Source: Thermoplasmatota archaeon | GTDB taxonomy: Archaea; Thermoplasmatota; Penumbrarchaeia; Penumbrarchaeales; Penumbrarchaeaceae | NCBI GenBank assembly: GCA_048569615.1 | Contig: JBLIRK010000001.1 | Span: 18,896-82,895 of the forward strand | Length of the DNA stretch: 64,000 bases | Direction: 5' to 3' | Part shown: positions 36,601 through 48,539 of the stretch, piece by piece | Numbering within the stretch: position 1 is the first letter of the stretch | How the letters are laid out: each line of letters opens with the position of its first letter | The notes under the pieces: model-generated | The model's input: only the letters and a program-made list of their open reading frames with translations | The model's database searches: none | What the model was told of the DNA's origin: nothing | Translations under genes and position numbers: made by a program

Positions 36601-37975
36601 CGCATCCGGAGGAGCAGGCCTCGTTTATCTCAATATCATTTATCACGCCCGCATGGATAAAGATGGCCTTCATGTCCTGACCGCCTATGTCGAGGATGAA
36701 GCTCGCATCATCCGCGAACTCCCTCGCGGCCCTGAAATGGGCCAGGGTCTCGACCATTCCGATATCCAAGCCGTAGGCGGCCCTGATCAGGTCTTCGCCG
36801 TAACCCGTCACAGCTGTCTTGGCCACATCAAGCGCTATTCCAACCTCGCAGGCCCTTTCATCAAGCTCTTCCAGGCCCTTCCTGACCGTCCCTATGGGAT
36901 CGCCGCCGTTGGGGGAGTAGAAGCTGAATGCAATGCCGCCTTCTCCATCCGCCAGGACGATTTTTGTCGTTGTGGATCCGGAATCTATTCCAAGGAAGCA
37001 TTTTCCATCCTTCAGGTCACCCACCTCCACGGTCCTTACTATCGGCCTCATCCTCCTCGAATCCCATTCCAGGAACTCGTTACGGTCCCCGAAAAGCGGG
37101 TCCAGCCTGCTGCCCAGGAAGTCGTTCGAATCGGGCTCTCTTCCCAGTTTGTCCTCTAATTCGGAGACAGTTACCTCCATTCTATCTATGTCATCGTACA
37201 TTGCCGTCCCCAGGGCCGGAAACAGCTCCGGATGCTTCGGGTCCGCGACATCCGCTTCCGGGACCTCCAGGACCTCTAGGTAATATCTCCTCAGTTCCGG
37301 CAGGAAGGTGAAGGGTCCTCCGCAGAACAGGACCTTTGGTCTGGGATCATATCCCCTCGACAGGCTTGAAACAGTCTGAAGGGCAACAGAATGGAAGATG
37401 GATGATGCAATCTCCTCCTTCGATATCTTCCTAGCCATTAGGTTTTGTACATCGGTCTTTGCGAAGACGCCGCATCTGGATGCCATGCTGTGATGTCTTT
37501 CGGCCTTCTTCGCCAGGTCGTTAAGGTCAACGAGGGATACATTCAGAAGTGTCGCCATCTGGTCTATGAAAGCCCCCGTGCCTCCAGCGCAACTTCCGTT
37601 CATTCTGATATCTATCCTCATCCTGTCATCGAAGAAGATCATCTTGGAATCTTCCCCTCCAACGTCTATGAGGGTCCTCACATCCGGATGGCGCCTCCTC
37701 ACCACCTCAGCCGCGGCGACAACTTCCTGAACGAAGGGGATCCCGTACCTCTCGGAAACGCCGAAACCGGCGGAGCCCGTGACAGATATGCTGAGCCTGG
37801 TATCTCCAAGCTCCAGTTTTGCATCTTCCAGCATGTCGATCAGTGTCTTGGATACCTGGGCGTTATGCCTTCTGTAATCCCTGTATAGAATTCCATTTCC
37901 ATGGTCCAGGACCACGATCTTGGCTGTTGTGGACCCAAGATCTATGCCGGCCCTCAACGCCTTTTGATCTGCCAA
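33698..37975 (-). CDS. Giant fusion protein: two BadF/BadG/BcrA/BcrD (HgdC-type) acetate/sugar-kinase-fold ATPase domains plus a C-terminal HgdB/D-component-like (DUF2229) domain ('CoA-substrate-specific enzyme activase' family)
   Basis: GIDLGSTTAKIVVLD and FLGIDSGSTTTKIVLADGEG phosphate-1 motifs. Cys pairs typical of the bridging [4Fe-4S] site. Long C-terminal domain. 1425 aa, no internal stops. Confidence 0.75.
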   Translation of the reverse strand: MADQKALRAGIDLGSTTAKIVVLDHGNGILYRDYRRHNAQVSKTLIDMLEDAKLELGDTRLSISVTGSAGFGVSERYGIPFVQEVVAAAEVVRRRHPDVRTLIDVGGEDSKMIFFDDRMRIDIRMNGSCAGGTGAFIDQMATLLNVSLVDLNDLAKKAERHHSMASRCGVFAKTDVQNLMARKISKEEIASSIFHSVALQTVSSLSRGYDPRPKVLFCGGPFTFLPELRRYYLEVLEVPEADVADPKHPELFPALGTAMYDDIDRMEVTVSELEDKLGREPDSNDFLGSRLDPLFGDRNEFLEWDSRRMRPIVRTVEVGDLKDGKCFLGIDSGSTTTKIVLADGEGGIAFSFYSPNGGDPIGTVRKGLEELDERACEVGIALDVAKTAVTGYGEDLIRAAYGLDIGMVETLAHFRAAREFADDASFILDIGGQDMKAIFIHAGVINDIEINEACSSGCGSFIETFANNLGESVEDFTRMACESKRPYDLGTRCTVFMNSKVKQALREGASVPDISAGLAFSVVKNCLYKVLKIKDPDVLGDNIVVQGGTFRNPAVHRAFELLLGKELICSDSPELMGAYGAALTAADSYSKDAQASTFVGFGSLDMATENTACFIRCGGCRNSCTVTQFTFGNGKLFYTGNKCEKIFNNAGTGTRKGCNLADIKLDLLFDRKLSPEGLPLGRIGIPRVLNIYENFPFWATLLRESGFEFVLSPPSTPEINELGTRSTMSENICFPAKLVNGHVKKLAEMKVDRIFLPMVLFEEQEFEGQLDSFNCPVVSGYSDVVRSALDPEERLGIPFDSPTISFKDRRLLRKGCMKYLKGLGVEGKKAREAFEKALREQISYKESVREKALGIISEAKKEKRLVVLLVGRPYHIDHLINHKLTEMLAGLGADVITEDSVPVSDRTLADVGVLTQWQYPNRVYKAVQWAKEQDNVEVVQLNSFGCGPDALVCDEARTLLAEAGKNHTLLRIDEVSSPGSIRLRLRSMMESLEIRGLGKRFRPMKRKVTPAYTIQDRKRKIIAPFFSRFYSPLLISSFSSLGYDLEVLPPPDRESVEVGLKYCNNEICYPAVIVIGDILKALLSGRYDQRDVAAGITQTGGQCRASSYLSLLQKGLVSAGFEDVPVITLSMSSKQLNYQPGFRINKRKMVLQGLHGVLFADAVMQMYYSTAVREINKGEASDLSDKYIQMAGRAIEFGREGELPELLEQAVLEFNRVETDDEEHPTIGLVGEIYAKYNPFGHFFIVDYMVEQGIDVIVPPITDFFAQEYLNVRFHADNDTGNRGLKTVLSYPEEWIARYYMRMYEKVRAKFKYYRRNHYVGSLAKKSRDVVSLVDQFGEGWLIPGEIGAFAEDDVNNVICVQPFGCISNHIIGKGVEKALKKKYPDLNVLYLDMDPGTSEVNLYNRLNFVIRTAREDLLARTRAA

Positions 37976-38144
37976 GGTCTATCGACTCTCCTGCCGAATG
38001 CGTAATCCTGACTACCTTATCACGTTTATGGTTTTCCACAATCCACGATATAGTGTCATATGAAATTGTTGAACAACACCTCGCTCAGCCGTCAATGGAA
38101 AAAGAAATAATCCCATGAACCAATGGATATCCGAGGGAGCTCAT

Positions 38145-38597
38145 ATGAAGAAATATAAGAGGATCCTGGTGCCCGTTGACGGCTCTAAGCTATCATGGCT
38201 TGCCTTCGAGCAGGGTTCGTCACTGGCAAAGCTTGTGGACGGGAATGTATCCATAATGCATGTTATCGAGATTCACTACGAAGCCTATCCCATGCCTGAG
38301 GGGGTGAGCGTCCTCACCGCTGCAACCCTGCTCAGATCGGAAACCGAGGAGCATGTGAAGAAGCTCATGGAAGAATACCAAGAATACGCTCAAAAGGAGG
38401 GAGTGAGGACAAAGGTCCTCGTGAAGGAGGGGCATGTGGCAAACGAGATAATAAACGAATCCAAGGGATACGACGTGGTCATCATGGGAACCCAGGGCAG
38501 GAACATGCTAACCTCCCTGCTTCTGGGCAGCACCGCCGAAAAGGTGGTGCGCCACGCACACTGCCCCGTGATGCTGGTGAGGGAAAAGATGGAGTAG
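38145..38597 (+). CDS. Universal stress protein (UspA family)
   Basis: KRILVPVDGSKLS....VVIMGTQGRNMLTSLLLGSTAEKVVRHAHCPVMLV. Start set at the internal ATG. Confidence 0.8.
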   Translation: MKKYKRILVPVDGSKLSWLAFEQGSSLAKLVDGNVSIMHVIEIHYEAYPMPEGVSVLTAATLLRSETEEHVKKLMEEYQEYAQKEGVRTKVLVKEGHVANEIINESKGYDVVIMGTQGRNMLTSLLLGSTAEKVVRHAHCPVMLVREKME

Positions 38598-38600
38598 GCC

Positions 38601-39416
38601 TTACAGGAACAACAATAAACTGAGCGCCATCACTCCCATCCCCGCTATCAATCCGTAGATCGACAGATGATGCTTCCCGAACTCCCTTGCCGTGGGGAGC
38701 AGCTCGTCGAGCGATATGAATACCATGATCCCTGCCACGGCTGCAAACACTATACCGAACACCAGGTCGTTGAAGAGCCATAAGAAAATGAAGAACCCCA
38801 GCAGGGCGCCGACAGGTTCCGATATCCCCGAGAGGAAGGAATAGAAGAACGCCTTCTTCCTGTTCCCTGTTGCGTAGTAGATGGGAATCGATACAGCTAT
38901 CCCTTCCGGAATGTTATGGATAGCGATGGCTATTGCGATCGGTACACCAAGGGTCAGATCCTTCAAAGCGGAAGCGAATGTCGCAAGTCCCTCTGGGAAA
39001 TTATGTATGCCGATTGCAAGTGCGGTGAACATCCCCATTCGGTATAGCTTCCTGAACTTCTTCGATTCCTTGCTCTTCTGCATATCCTCGATCCTGTGGA
39101 CCTCGTGGGGATTCTCGAAGGACGGGACCACCTTGTCGATGAGGGCTATTACAAGGATGCCTAGGAAGAACGAAAGGACCGTTGCCCAGGTGCCGTAGGC
39201 TTCGCTGCCGAGATCCTCGACCAGCGCGTCCTTTGCCTTGAAGAAGATCTCCACGAAGGAGACGTATATCATCACACCGGCCGAGAATCCAAGGGCCATG
39301 GACAGGAAGCTTGTATTGGTCCTCTTGGAGAAAAAGGCGAGAGCGCTGCCTATGCCCGTTGCAAGACCCGCGAAAAGGGTCAGACCGAAGGCTATCAGCA
39401 CTGTCGTCAGTTCCAT
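38601..39416 (-). CDS. zupT: ZIP-family divalent metal (zinc) transporter
   Basis: 8 TM. Conserved HNFPEG and HNIPEG motifs. ..[15 protein letters not shown].. Confidence 0.9.
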   Translation of the reverse strand: MELTTVLIAFGLTLFAGLATGIGSALAFFSKRTNTSFLSMALGFSAGVMIYVSFVEIFFKAKDALVEDLGSEAYGTWATVLSFFLGILVIALIDKVVPSFENPHEVHRIEDMQKSKESKKFRKLYRMGMFTALAIGIHNFPEGLATFASALKDLTLGVPIAIAIAIHNIPEGIAVSIPIYYATGNRKKAFFYSFLSGISEPVGALLGFFIFLWLFNDLVFGIVFAAVAGIMVFISLDELLPTAREFGKHHLSIYGLIAGMGVMALSLLLFL

Positions 39417-39473
39417 TCCGATGCTCCGTTATCCGAACTCCCCGTATTCGTATAAATCGTTTTCACCACATTA

Positions 39474-41126
39474 TCAAGGATACTTCGCCCTCTTCCTTCT
39501 CCTTGCCAGGGAGAATACCGATATTATGACCACAACGACCAGGGCTATCACCCCGAGTGCGATGCCTCCGTATTTCATTATCGAGTACTCGTCCATTGAG
39601 ATGGCGGGCTCTGTGGGCTCCGGGGTCGGTTCTTCCTGTACCTTGCCGCTCCCGTGCCCCGCATAATCGAAGATCAGCTCGATCACCATATCCTCCACAT
39701 CCTCCTCGAAGAGGAATGCCGGATCTGCATCCGCAAGCATCACGAAGACCTCGAAATTCACATCTAGCCCCATCTCCATAAGCTCCCCCAGATCTCCACG
39801 TAATGTGAGCCTGCTCCCGGACCTTTCGACTGTCGTATACCAGAAATCACCGCTTGCGAAAATGCTGTTTGAGGCAAGGGCGTTGTTAGGTTCATACTGG
39901 AGTATGGAGCCGTCCTCGATATCCTCCTTGTAGTAGTTCCTCTGATTGTGGCTGTCATCGGCTAGTATGTATGCAGTGGCTCCAGTCCATCCTCTCACAG
40001 GGCCTCCGGTGTTTATCTCGATGACAAGATCCTCCCCGTCCCTCCGGACATCCATGGTCCTTACATCCACCTGGGGATTTCTCCCTATGTTATAGTTCAT
40101 CATATCCCAGGTAGCTCTGATATAGACCTCGTCGCCCTTGTCGTCGGTGTAGGACCTCCTGCAGAGGTCCGCGTCGAGCAGCTCGATGGGAATTTCCGGC
40201 TCGTCGTCGTCAGGCGGCAATATGTCATCATCATCAGCCGGAGGCGGGACAGGTGCCGAACCCATGGTAATCGTAAACACCGCATTGTGGAGCTCCCTGG
40301 TCCTTTGGGCGTCATAAAGCTGAAGTTCGAGCCCCACCTCCGCTTCCTCCTCCGCATAGGAAGCATCAAGGTAAAGGGTGAGCTCCCCCAGCTTCTCTCC
40401 GTATTCCCCGGTGTATTCGATGTCATGCTCTATATCGATGTCCTCCCTTGCTGCATCGCCGATCCCTTCAATATCAACCGAAAGCTCTGCATCATAAACG
40501 TTCCCGTTGTTGAGGATGTCGATGGAATACTCCAGCTCCTCTCCAATTTCGATGTAGACGGCATGCTCCGATTCATCAAAACCAGCGGAGACAACGGGTG
40601 AGATGAAAAGCGGAGAGGAACCCGCAGGTGTTGTTCCGCCCATTATCCCCGGGGAATAGGACCATCTTCCAAAGATCGATATCCAGTTTTCACCGGCAGG
40701 TACATCCTTATCCAGTCTTAGCTGCAAAGTGTAGTTCTGGGTCCGGGTCTCCCCTGGCATCATTTCCCGGAACACCATCTGTTCGGGTGTGAACTGATAT
40801 TCGATTTCCAATTCGCCGTAGATATCGTTCGCTATACCGGCAAACAAGACCACGATTAACTCCTGGACCATCACGGGAAACCGGGAGCTCACTTCCACTG
40901 ATCCCTCAACGGTGATGGTCGTGGTCTTCACAGCCGGTGAGTCCTCATCGAAATAATGGATCCCGGTTGACAAATCCAGTGGAGCATCCTCCCGATACCC
41001 GGGATAATCAAGGACCACTGAGATTGTTATCTCCGGAGTCCCTACGGCCTCAGATTCATTGTTAAATACTGGAATGGCGGCGATCACGATCAATATCAAG
41101 ACAGTGGCTGCAGCGGCTCTCCTCAT
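39474..41126 (-). CDS. Secreted protein (550 aa) with a C-terminal TM anchor and an RRRKRAKYP tail
   Basis: Signal peptide MRRAAAATVLILIVIAAIPV. Acidic ectodomain. TM GIALGVIALVVVVIISVFSLA. Confidence 0.5.
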   Translation of the reverse strand: MRRAAAATVLILIVIAAIPVFNNESEAVGTPEITISVVLDYPGYREDAPLDLSTGIHYFDEDSPAVKTTTITVEGSVEVSSRFPVMVQELIVVLFAGIANDIYGELEIEYQFTPEQMVFREMMPGETRTQNYTLQLRLDKDVPAGENWISIFGRWSYSPGIMGGTTPAGSSPLFISPVVSAGFDESEHAVYIEIGEELEYSIDILNNGNVYDAELSVDIEGIGDAAREDIDIEHDIEYTGEYGEKLGELTLYLDASYAEEEAEVGLELQLYDAQRTRELHNAVFTITMGSAPVPPPADDDDILPPDDDEPEIPIELLDADLCRRSYTDDKGDEVYIRATWDMMNYNIGRNPQVDVRTMDVRRDGEDLVIEINTGGPVRGWTGATAYILADDSHNQRNYYKEDIEDGSILQYEPNNALASNSIFASGDFWYTTVERSGSRLTLRGDLGELMEMGLDVNFEVFVMLADADPAFLFEEDVEDMVIELIFDYAGHGSGKVQEEPTPEPTEPAISMDEYSIMKYGGIALGVIALVVVVIISVFSLARRRKRAKYP

Positions 41127-41223
41127 TTGTCTACCCGCTTGGGTAATTGCACCCAGATGTAATAATATTACTGCGAATATGGGCCTGGCATAAGCTGCTC
41201 CATGAAAATGAAAAGGAATAAAC

Positions 41224-41733
41224 TCACTGGTGCTCTTCCCTTTCCAGGACCCTGACGGCGTCGCCCTTGATGGTGACGGGTATTGAGACCATGGCCTCGA
41301 AGAGCTCCACGGTGATCTCTTCCTTGGCTGTGTCGATCTGCTTCACCCTGGCCTTCTCTCCCTTGAACGGACCGTTGATGATCTCCACTATGTCGCCTTC
41401 CGTGATATCGGCGACAATTGGTTTGGGCGAGAGGTAGTGCTCTATCTCGTTCAGCGATATGTCCTTGTCACCGCCTACCAAACCCCTGACATACTGCATA
41501 CCCTTGAGGAGGTCCTCTATGGCCTTGGTGTTCTTCTCTCCCTCGATCAGAACATATCCTCTCAGCTTTGTCGGGGCAATGATCGCAGTTATGTTCGCCC
41601 CCTTCCTCTTGGCCTTGGTCCCAAGATTCTCTGCCACGGTCTTTTCATGGCCAAGTGCGGTCTTGATAGCAAATATTGTGTGGGGGAAGTCCGCAACTTC
41701 TGAATCCCCGCCCCCCTGCTCTTCTTCTGTCAA
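41224..41733 (-). CDS. spt5: Transcription elongation factor Spt5 (NusG homologue) with NGN and KOW domains
   Basis: ..TIFAIKTALGHEKTVAENL...GYVLIEGE...GDIVEIINGPFKGEKARVKQID... The track start 41763 is a GTG that overlaps secE by 19 nt. Start moved to the TTG just after the secE stop; this is uncertain. Confidence 0.8.
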   Translation of the reverse strand: MTEEEQGGGDSEVADFPHTIFAIKTALGHEKTVAENLGTKAKRKGANITAIIAPTKLRGYVLIEGEKNTKAIEDLLKGMQYVRGLVGGDKDISLNEIEHYLSPKPIVADITEGDIVEIINGPFKGEKARVKQIDTAKEEITVELFEAMVSIPVTIKGDAVRVLEREEHQ

Positions 41734-41744
41734 ACTATCACCTA

Positions 41745-41996
41745 CTAGAGTGCAAAGGCCCACTCGATGAATTCGGGGAAGTACTCCCAGATAAGATAGA
41801 TCGCAAATCCCAGTCCCCCGATGATGACTATCCCTATGCCGGTGATGATCAGGGTCTTGGAATACTCCTCACTGGTGGGCTTCCGGGCCATCTTCAGGAC
41901 CCTTCCATACTTGCCTTTTCCAGTGTTCTTTATCCTGGATTCGATCTTTGACTGCCATTTCCAGGATCCGGTCCAGGTCTTCTTCAGAAGGTCCAT
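41745..41996 (-). CDS. secE: Preprotein translocase subunit SecE (Sec61-gamma)
   Basis: About 80 aa. ..ARKPTSEEYSKTLIITGIGIVIIGGLGFAIYLI.. single TM. Conserved position directly upstream of spt5. Confidence 0.7.
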   Translation of the reverse strand: MDLLKKTWTGSWKWQSKIESRIKNTGKGKYGRVLKMARKPTSEEYSKTLIITGIGIVIIGGLGFAIYLIWEYFPEFIEWAFAL

Positions 41997-42010
41997 GTAC
42001 TATTCTCCGC

Positions 42011-43216
42011 TCATCTTATGAAATCAATTCCGAAACGGTCGGTTCCGACCTTCTTCAATGATTTGCCGAAAATCTGTTTCGATTTGACACCGGTTATCAC
42101 AAGCATGACCCTGATGGTATCCCTCAGCTCGGGATCGATCTGGGCTCCCCATATTATCCTTGCCATGGGATTGACCCTCTTGTGGATCTCCTCTGCGACG
42201 AGTTCTGCCTCTGAGACAGTCATGCTCTCCCCGCCGGATACGTTTACCAAGGCTCCGGTAGCGTCGCCGATATCCACTTCCAGCAGGGGCGAATCAAGTG
42301 CAGCATTTACAGCCTTCATCGCCCTGTCGTCGTCATCGGACTCGCCGATACCGATCATCGCCACTCCTCCGCCCTTCATGATGGTCTTGAGGTCGGCAAA
42401 GTCCAGGTTGACCAGTCCGACCTTTGTGATGATCTCGGTTATGCCCTTTATTGATCTCATCAGTATCTCGTCAGCCACCTTGAAAGCCGCATTCAGGGGA
42501 AGCCTTGGGACTATCTCCAGTAGCTTGTCGTTGGGTATGACTATCACTGTGTCCGTGAATTCCTGAAGCTTGTCAAGCCCGTATTCCGCATTCTGCATCC
42601 TTACAACACCTTCTGCAGAAAAGGGCTGGGTGACTATCGCTATTGTCAGGGATCCAACTTCCTTGGCGATCCTGGCGACCTCTGGGGCGGATCCTGTACC
42701 GGTCCCACCGCCGAGACCGGCGGTAACGAAAACGATATCGGATCCCATCAGGGAGGTCCTTATCTCGTCCTCTGCCTCCCTGGCGGCTTCACTCCCAATC
42801 TGAGGTACTGAACCGGCTCCGAGTCCCCTGGTCGATCTCCTGCCTATGAGGATCTTGTGGGGTGCGTGGACAGTGAGAAGGTGTTGTGCATCGGTATTGA
42901 GGGCGAAAATATCAGCTCCAACTATCCCCTCCTCGACGACCCTGTTGATCGTATTGCATCCAGCACCGCCGCAACCGACGATCTTGATGTTGGTTTTCAG
43001 ACTTGCAAGAACTCTGCGAAGTTCCTCGTCTTCGGGATTGGCCCCTGATATCTGCTCATCCACGGGAACCCTCTCAACGGACTGCTGGGAGGGCATCTCC
43101 CTCTGCAGTTTTGCAGCGAAACCACCGCCCGTGGGTCTCTGTGGTGCTGCCTGGGGCGCATCGCCCCGGCCCTTCTTTTCTTCGCGCTCTAGGACGCCCT
43201 TTATGATGGATTTCAT
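42011..43216 (-). CDS. ftsZ: Cell division GTPase FtsZ
   Basis: Tubulin signature [37 protein letters not shown]. Confidence 0.93.
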   Translation of the reverse strand: MKSIIKGVLEREEKKGRGDAPQAAPQRPTGGGFAAKLQREMPSQQSVERVPVDEQISGANPEDEELRRVLASLKTNIKIVGCGGAGCNTINRVVEEGIVGADIFALNTDAQHLLTVHAPHKILIGRRSTRGLGAGSVPQIGSEAAREAEDEIRTSLMGSDIVFVTAGLGGGTGTGSAPEVARIAKEVGSLTIAIVTQPFSAEGVVRMQNAEYGLDKLQEFTDTVIVIPNDKLLEIVPRLPLNAAFKVADEILMRSIKGITEIITKVGLVNLDFADLKTIMKGGGVAMIGIGESDDDDRAMKAVNAALDSPLLEVDIGDATGALVNVSGGESMTVSEAELVAEEIHKRVNPMARIIWGAQIDPELRDTIRVMLVITGVKSKQIFGKSLKKVGTDRFGIDFIR

Positions 43217-43366
43217 TTTTCCTACCCCCGGTCAATTCCGATATTTAAGCTATTCGCCCTTTTTAACTATTAGCCCCTTAAAGTTTAATCTATATAAAAA
43301 TGTTATCAGGTTGGCTCCGATCAATGATACCAGCCAGACACCTTTGCCATTCGCCATCTATACTGC

Positions 43367-43660
43367 TCACTCCTTGGTTCCCTTCAGGACCAGTATATCG
43401 GACTGTCCACCGTCTATCACGCCGAAGGTCGATATGGAGAAGGGTTTGCCGCTTGCAGCGCCAAGCTCCTGATTGTTCCCCTCGTAGGTGTAGATAGGGA
43501 CCTTCTGGTCCTTCAGCTCCTTCAGGTCCTCATCGGGACAGTTCTTTGCAACTATGACCATCTTGACCTTCTTCTTCTTTATCTGTTTCATGGTCTCCTT
43601 GAATCCCAAGGTGACCTTTCCTGTTTCCTGAACGTTCCTCAGCGCTCTCTTGATATCCAT
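43367..43660 (-). CDS. rpl30e: Ribosomal protein L30e
   Basis: 97 aa. ..ALRNVQETGKVTLGFKETMKQIKKKKVKMVIVAKNCPDE...GKPFSISTFGVID.. Confidence 0.9.
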   Translation of the reverse strand: MDIKRALRNVQETGKVTLGFKETMKQIKKKKVKMVIVAKNCPDEDLKELKDQKVPIYTYEGNNQELGAASGKPFSISTFGVIDGGQSDILVLKGTKE

Positions 43661-43671
43661 GGATATACCTC

Positions 43672-45867
<2,196 letters not shown>

Positions 45868-48531
45868 TTACTGCACCTCCCTCACTGCCATGCTTATGAT
45901 GTCATCGTAGTCGATTGGATCGGAACGAACGGACCTTGTCGGGTCCACACCATCCTCCCCGTACATGAACTGGACCACAACCCCGCTTGTGTTGCGGACG
46001 GTCCTGTCCGGCAGGACCTTCAGGTCCTCGAGGGCGTTGATCAGCCTCCTCTGCATGTAACCCGACCTGCTTGTCCTGACGGCTGTGTCCACAAGTCCCT
46101 CCCTTCCACCCATAGAGTGGAAGAAATATTCGGTGGGTGTCAGACCCTTCTTGTAGCAGGATTTGACGAAGCCCTTGGCTGCAGCGCCAAGATCGTCCGG
46201 TTTGAAATGGGGTAGGGTTCTCTTTTGATATCCCCTATGGATCCTCTCACCCCTGACTGCCTGTTGCCCGATGGACCCGGACATCTGCGAGAGGTTCAGC
46301 ATTGAGCCCCTTGCTCCGGACCTCGCCATGATGACGGCCGAGTTCTTCAGTCCGAGATACTTGGAAGCGATCTGCCCTGCAGTGTCCCTGGCCCTACCCA
46401 GTGTCCTCATGGCCTCCACTTCAAGGGTTTCCTTCAGGGACCTTCCAGGAAGCGATTCAAGGAAGCCGGAATTGTATTTCTTAACATAGTCGTCCACCCT
46501 GGCCTCGGCATCGTCCAGTGTTTCCGCGATCCTGAGTTTCGCCTCCTCGGGAATATCCTCCTCGTCTATGCCCGTGGAGAATCCGAGGACCATGATGGAG
46601 GCTATTCCCATCCTGGTGGCGTCATCCAGGAACTGCCGTCCCCTGTCAGTGCCGTGGTCCCTCACGATCTTCTCGAGCAGTTTTCCCTTGAAGGCCCCGA
46701 TGGACTTCTCGTCTATTGGGCCCGTGACCAGAACGGACCTTCCCTCATCATCTGTATCGATCCTGACCCAGGAATCCTCCTTCGGATCGTCATCCGGACC
46801 ACCGTAGATCGCCGATGGATATTCAAGATGAAGCCCGGGGGGTAGTATCATGGAGAAGATGGTCTTGCCTCCCCAGAAAGGCACGCCGTTCCCTGAAACC
46901 TCATCCGGATCGGGCAGGGCTCCCTGGAAAGAGGTCCGTGACAGCATGTGGTATGCCTGCTCCCTGGTGAACATCGGGTTCTTGTGGGTGAGCAGGAATA
47001 CTCCCGAAATGTGATCGTGTATCGCCCCTATGACGGGACCGCCGAACCTGGGGGAGAGGATGTGCTCCTGCACCCTCATTATTATCTTGGCCTCGGCCCT
47101 GGCCTCCTCTCCCTGCAGGCAGTGGAGGTTCATCTCATCACCGTCGAAATCCGCGTTGTAGGGTGGACAGTCGGGAAGGTTCAACCTGAAGGTCTTTCCT
47201 CCCATGACCCTGACCTCATGGGCCATCATTGACATCCTGTGGAGGGAGGGCTGCCTGTTGAATAGGACTATGTCACCGTCCATCAGATGCCTTTCCACAA
47301 CAAAACCGACCTGCACCTTCTCCACGAGGGTATCCTTGTTCCTGTCGGTGATCCTGAGCCTCTGACCGTCGGGCCTGATGATGTAATTGGCTCCCGGATG
47401 CACCTCTGGACCCCTGAGGACGAAGTTCTTTGCGATCTCGTAATTGAACTCGTTGACCCTTATGGGAACGGTGAGCTCCATGGCGATGGGCATCGGAACA
47501 CCGACCTCGTTTATGGATATGTAGGGATCCGGAGAGATAACGGTCCTTGCTGAGAAGTTGACCCTCTTCCCAGAGAGGTTCGATCTGAACCTCCCCTCCT
47601 TGCCCTTGAGCCTCTGGGCCAGGGTTTTAAGGGGCCTTCCGGATCTGTGTCTGGCCGGGGGTATGCCCGAGGTCTGGTTGTCGAAATAAGTGGTAACATG
47701 GTATTGAAGGAGCTCCCAGAGGTCCTCAACGATAAGCTGGGGAGCGCCGGAATCCCTGTTCTCCTGGAGGCGCTGGTTTATCCTGAGCACATCCACGAGC
47801 TTGTGTGTGAGGTCGTCCTCGGAGCGGTCCCCCGATTCGAGGGTTATCGATGGCCTGACAGTGACAGGAGGAACCGGAAGGGATGTCAGTATCATCCATT
47901 CCGGCCGGGCGACCTCGGGATTCAAACCAAGCAGCGGGAGGTGATCGTCGGGTATCCTCTCGAGCCTCTCGCGAATCTCCTTGGGTGTCAGCTTATGTCC
48001 TTCCTCCCTGAAGGTCGTCGGTTTGTCCAGGGTGATGTTTTTGGTCATCTCACCGCAGTCGGGGTGGGGGCACTGCTGAATCCCCATCGCGTCGGTCCTC
48101 ATGGAGGTGGATATGGCCTGGAAAGGGAAGGGATTCAAGGCTATTTCGCCGATTTCCCTCAATTTCTGTGAGTATTCCTTGATCTTGTCAGTCGGGAGTT
48201 TTATCCTTCCGCAGGTCCTGCATGTTGCCGAGAGCAGCTCCTTGATGAGCTTCGTGTAGCCCTCGTGGATCACCGGCATGGCAAGATCGATATGTCCGAA
48301 ATGCCCCGGACATTCATCGACCTTCCTCCCGCAGGTCTTGCACTTAAGCCCTGGCTCTATGACCCCGAGCCTCGGGTCCATGAGGCCCATATCTATGGGG
48401 AACCCATCATCATCGTATGTATCCGCCGTGATTATCTTTGTGGCGGACATCTTCCTTATCTCTTCGGGGGAAAGCAGGGCGAACTGTATCTTTCCGATCT
48501 TCTTTGGTATGTACTGGTAGCTTACCATCAT
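45868..48531 (-). CDS. rpoA1: DNA-directed RNA polymerase subunit A' (Rpo1N)
   Basis: Zinc ribbon CKTCGRKVDECPGHFGHIDL. ..NADFDGDEMN.. catalytic motif. Start set at MMVSYQYIPKK just after the rpoB stop. Confidence 0.93.
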   Translation of the reverse strand: MMVSYQYIPKKIGKIQFALLSPEEIRKMSATKIITADTYDDDGFPIDMGLMDPRLGVIEPGLKCKTCGRKVDECPGHFGHIDLAMPVIHEGYTKLIKELLSATCRTCGRIKLPTDKIKEYSQKLREIGEIALNPFPFQAISTSMRTDAMGIQQCPHPDCGEMTKNITLDKPTTFREEGHKLTPKEIRERLERIPDDHLPLLGLNPEVARPEWMILTSLPVPPVTVRPSITLESGDRSEDDLTHKLVDVLRINQRLQENRDSGAPQLIVEDLWELLQYHVTTYFDNQTSGIPPARHRSGRPLKTLAQRLKGKEGRFRSNLSGKRVNFSARTVISPDPYISINEVGVPMPIAMELTVPIRVNEFNYEIAKNFVLRGPEVHPGANYIIRPDGQRLRITDRNKDTLVEKVQVGFVVERHLMDGDIVLFNRQPSLHRMSMMAHEVRVMGGKTFRLNLPDCPPYNADFDGDEMNLHCLQGEEARAEAKIIMRVQEHILSPRFGGPVIGAIHDHISGVFLLTHKNPMFTREQAYHMLSRTSFQGALPDPDEVSGNGVPFWGGKTIFSMILPPGLHLEYPSAIYGGPDDDPKEDSWVRIDTDDEGRSVLVTGPIDEKSIGAFKGKLLEKIVRDHGTDRGRQFLDDATRMGIASIMVLGFSTGIDEEDIPEEAKLRIAETLDDAEARVDDYVKKYNSGFLESLPGRSLKETLEVEAMRTLGRARDTAGQIASKYLGLKNSAVIMARSGARGSMLNLSQMSGSIGQQAVRGERIHRGYQKRTLPHFKPDDLGAAAKGFVKSCYKKGLTPTEYFFHSMGGREGLVDTAVRTSRSGYMQRRLINALEDLKVLPDRTVRNTSGVVVQFMYGEDGVDPTRSVRSDPIDYDDIISMAVREVQ

Positions 48532-48539
48532 CTCACCCC

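Noticed and set aside
33866-37311. Several 100-290-aa plus-strand ORFs inside the 1425-aa activase gene
   Set aside because: They are antisense shadow ORFs. The minus-strand frame has the ATPase phosphate-binding motifs and is uninterrupted.
41734-41763. GTG start of the spt5 ORF at 41763
   Set aside because: It would overlap secE by 19 nt. The homology to Spt5 begins at …TIFAIKT, and a TTG lies immediately after the secE stop. The true start is still uncertain.
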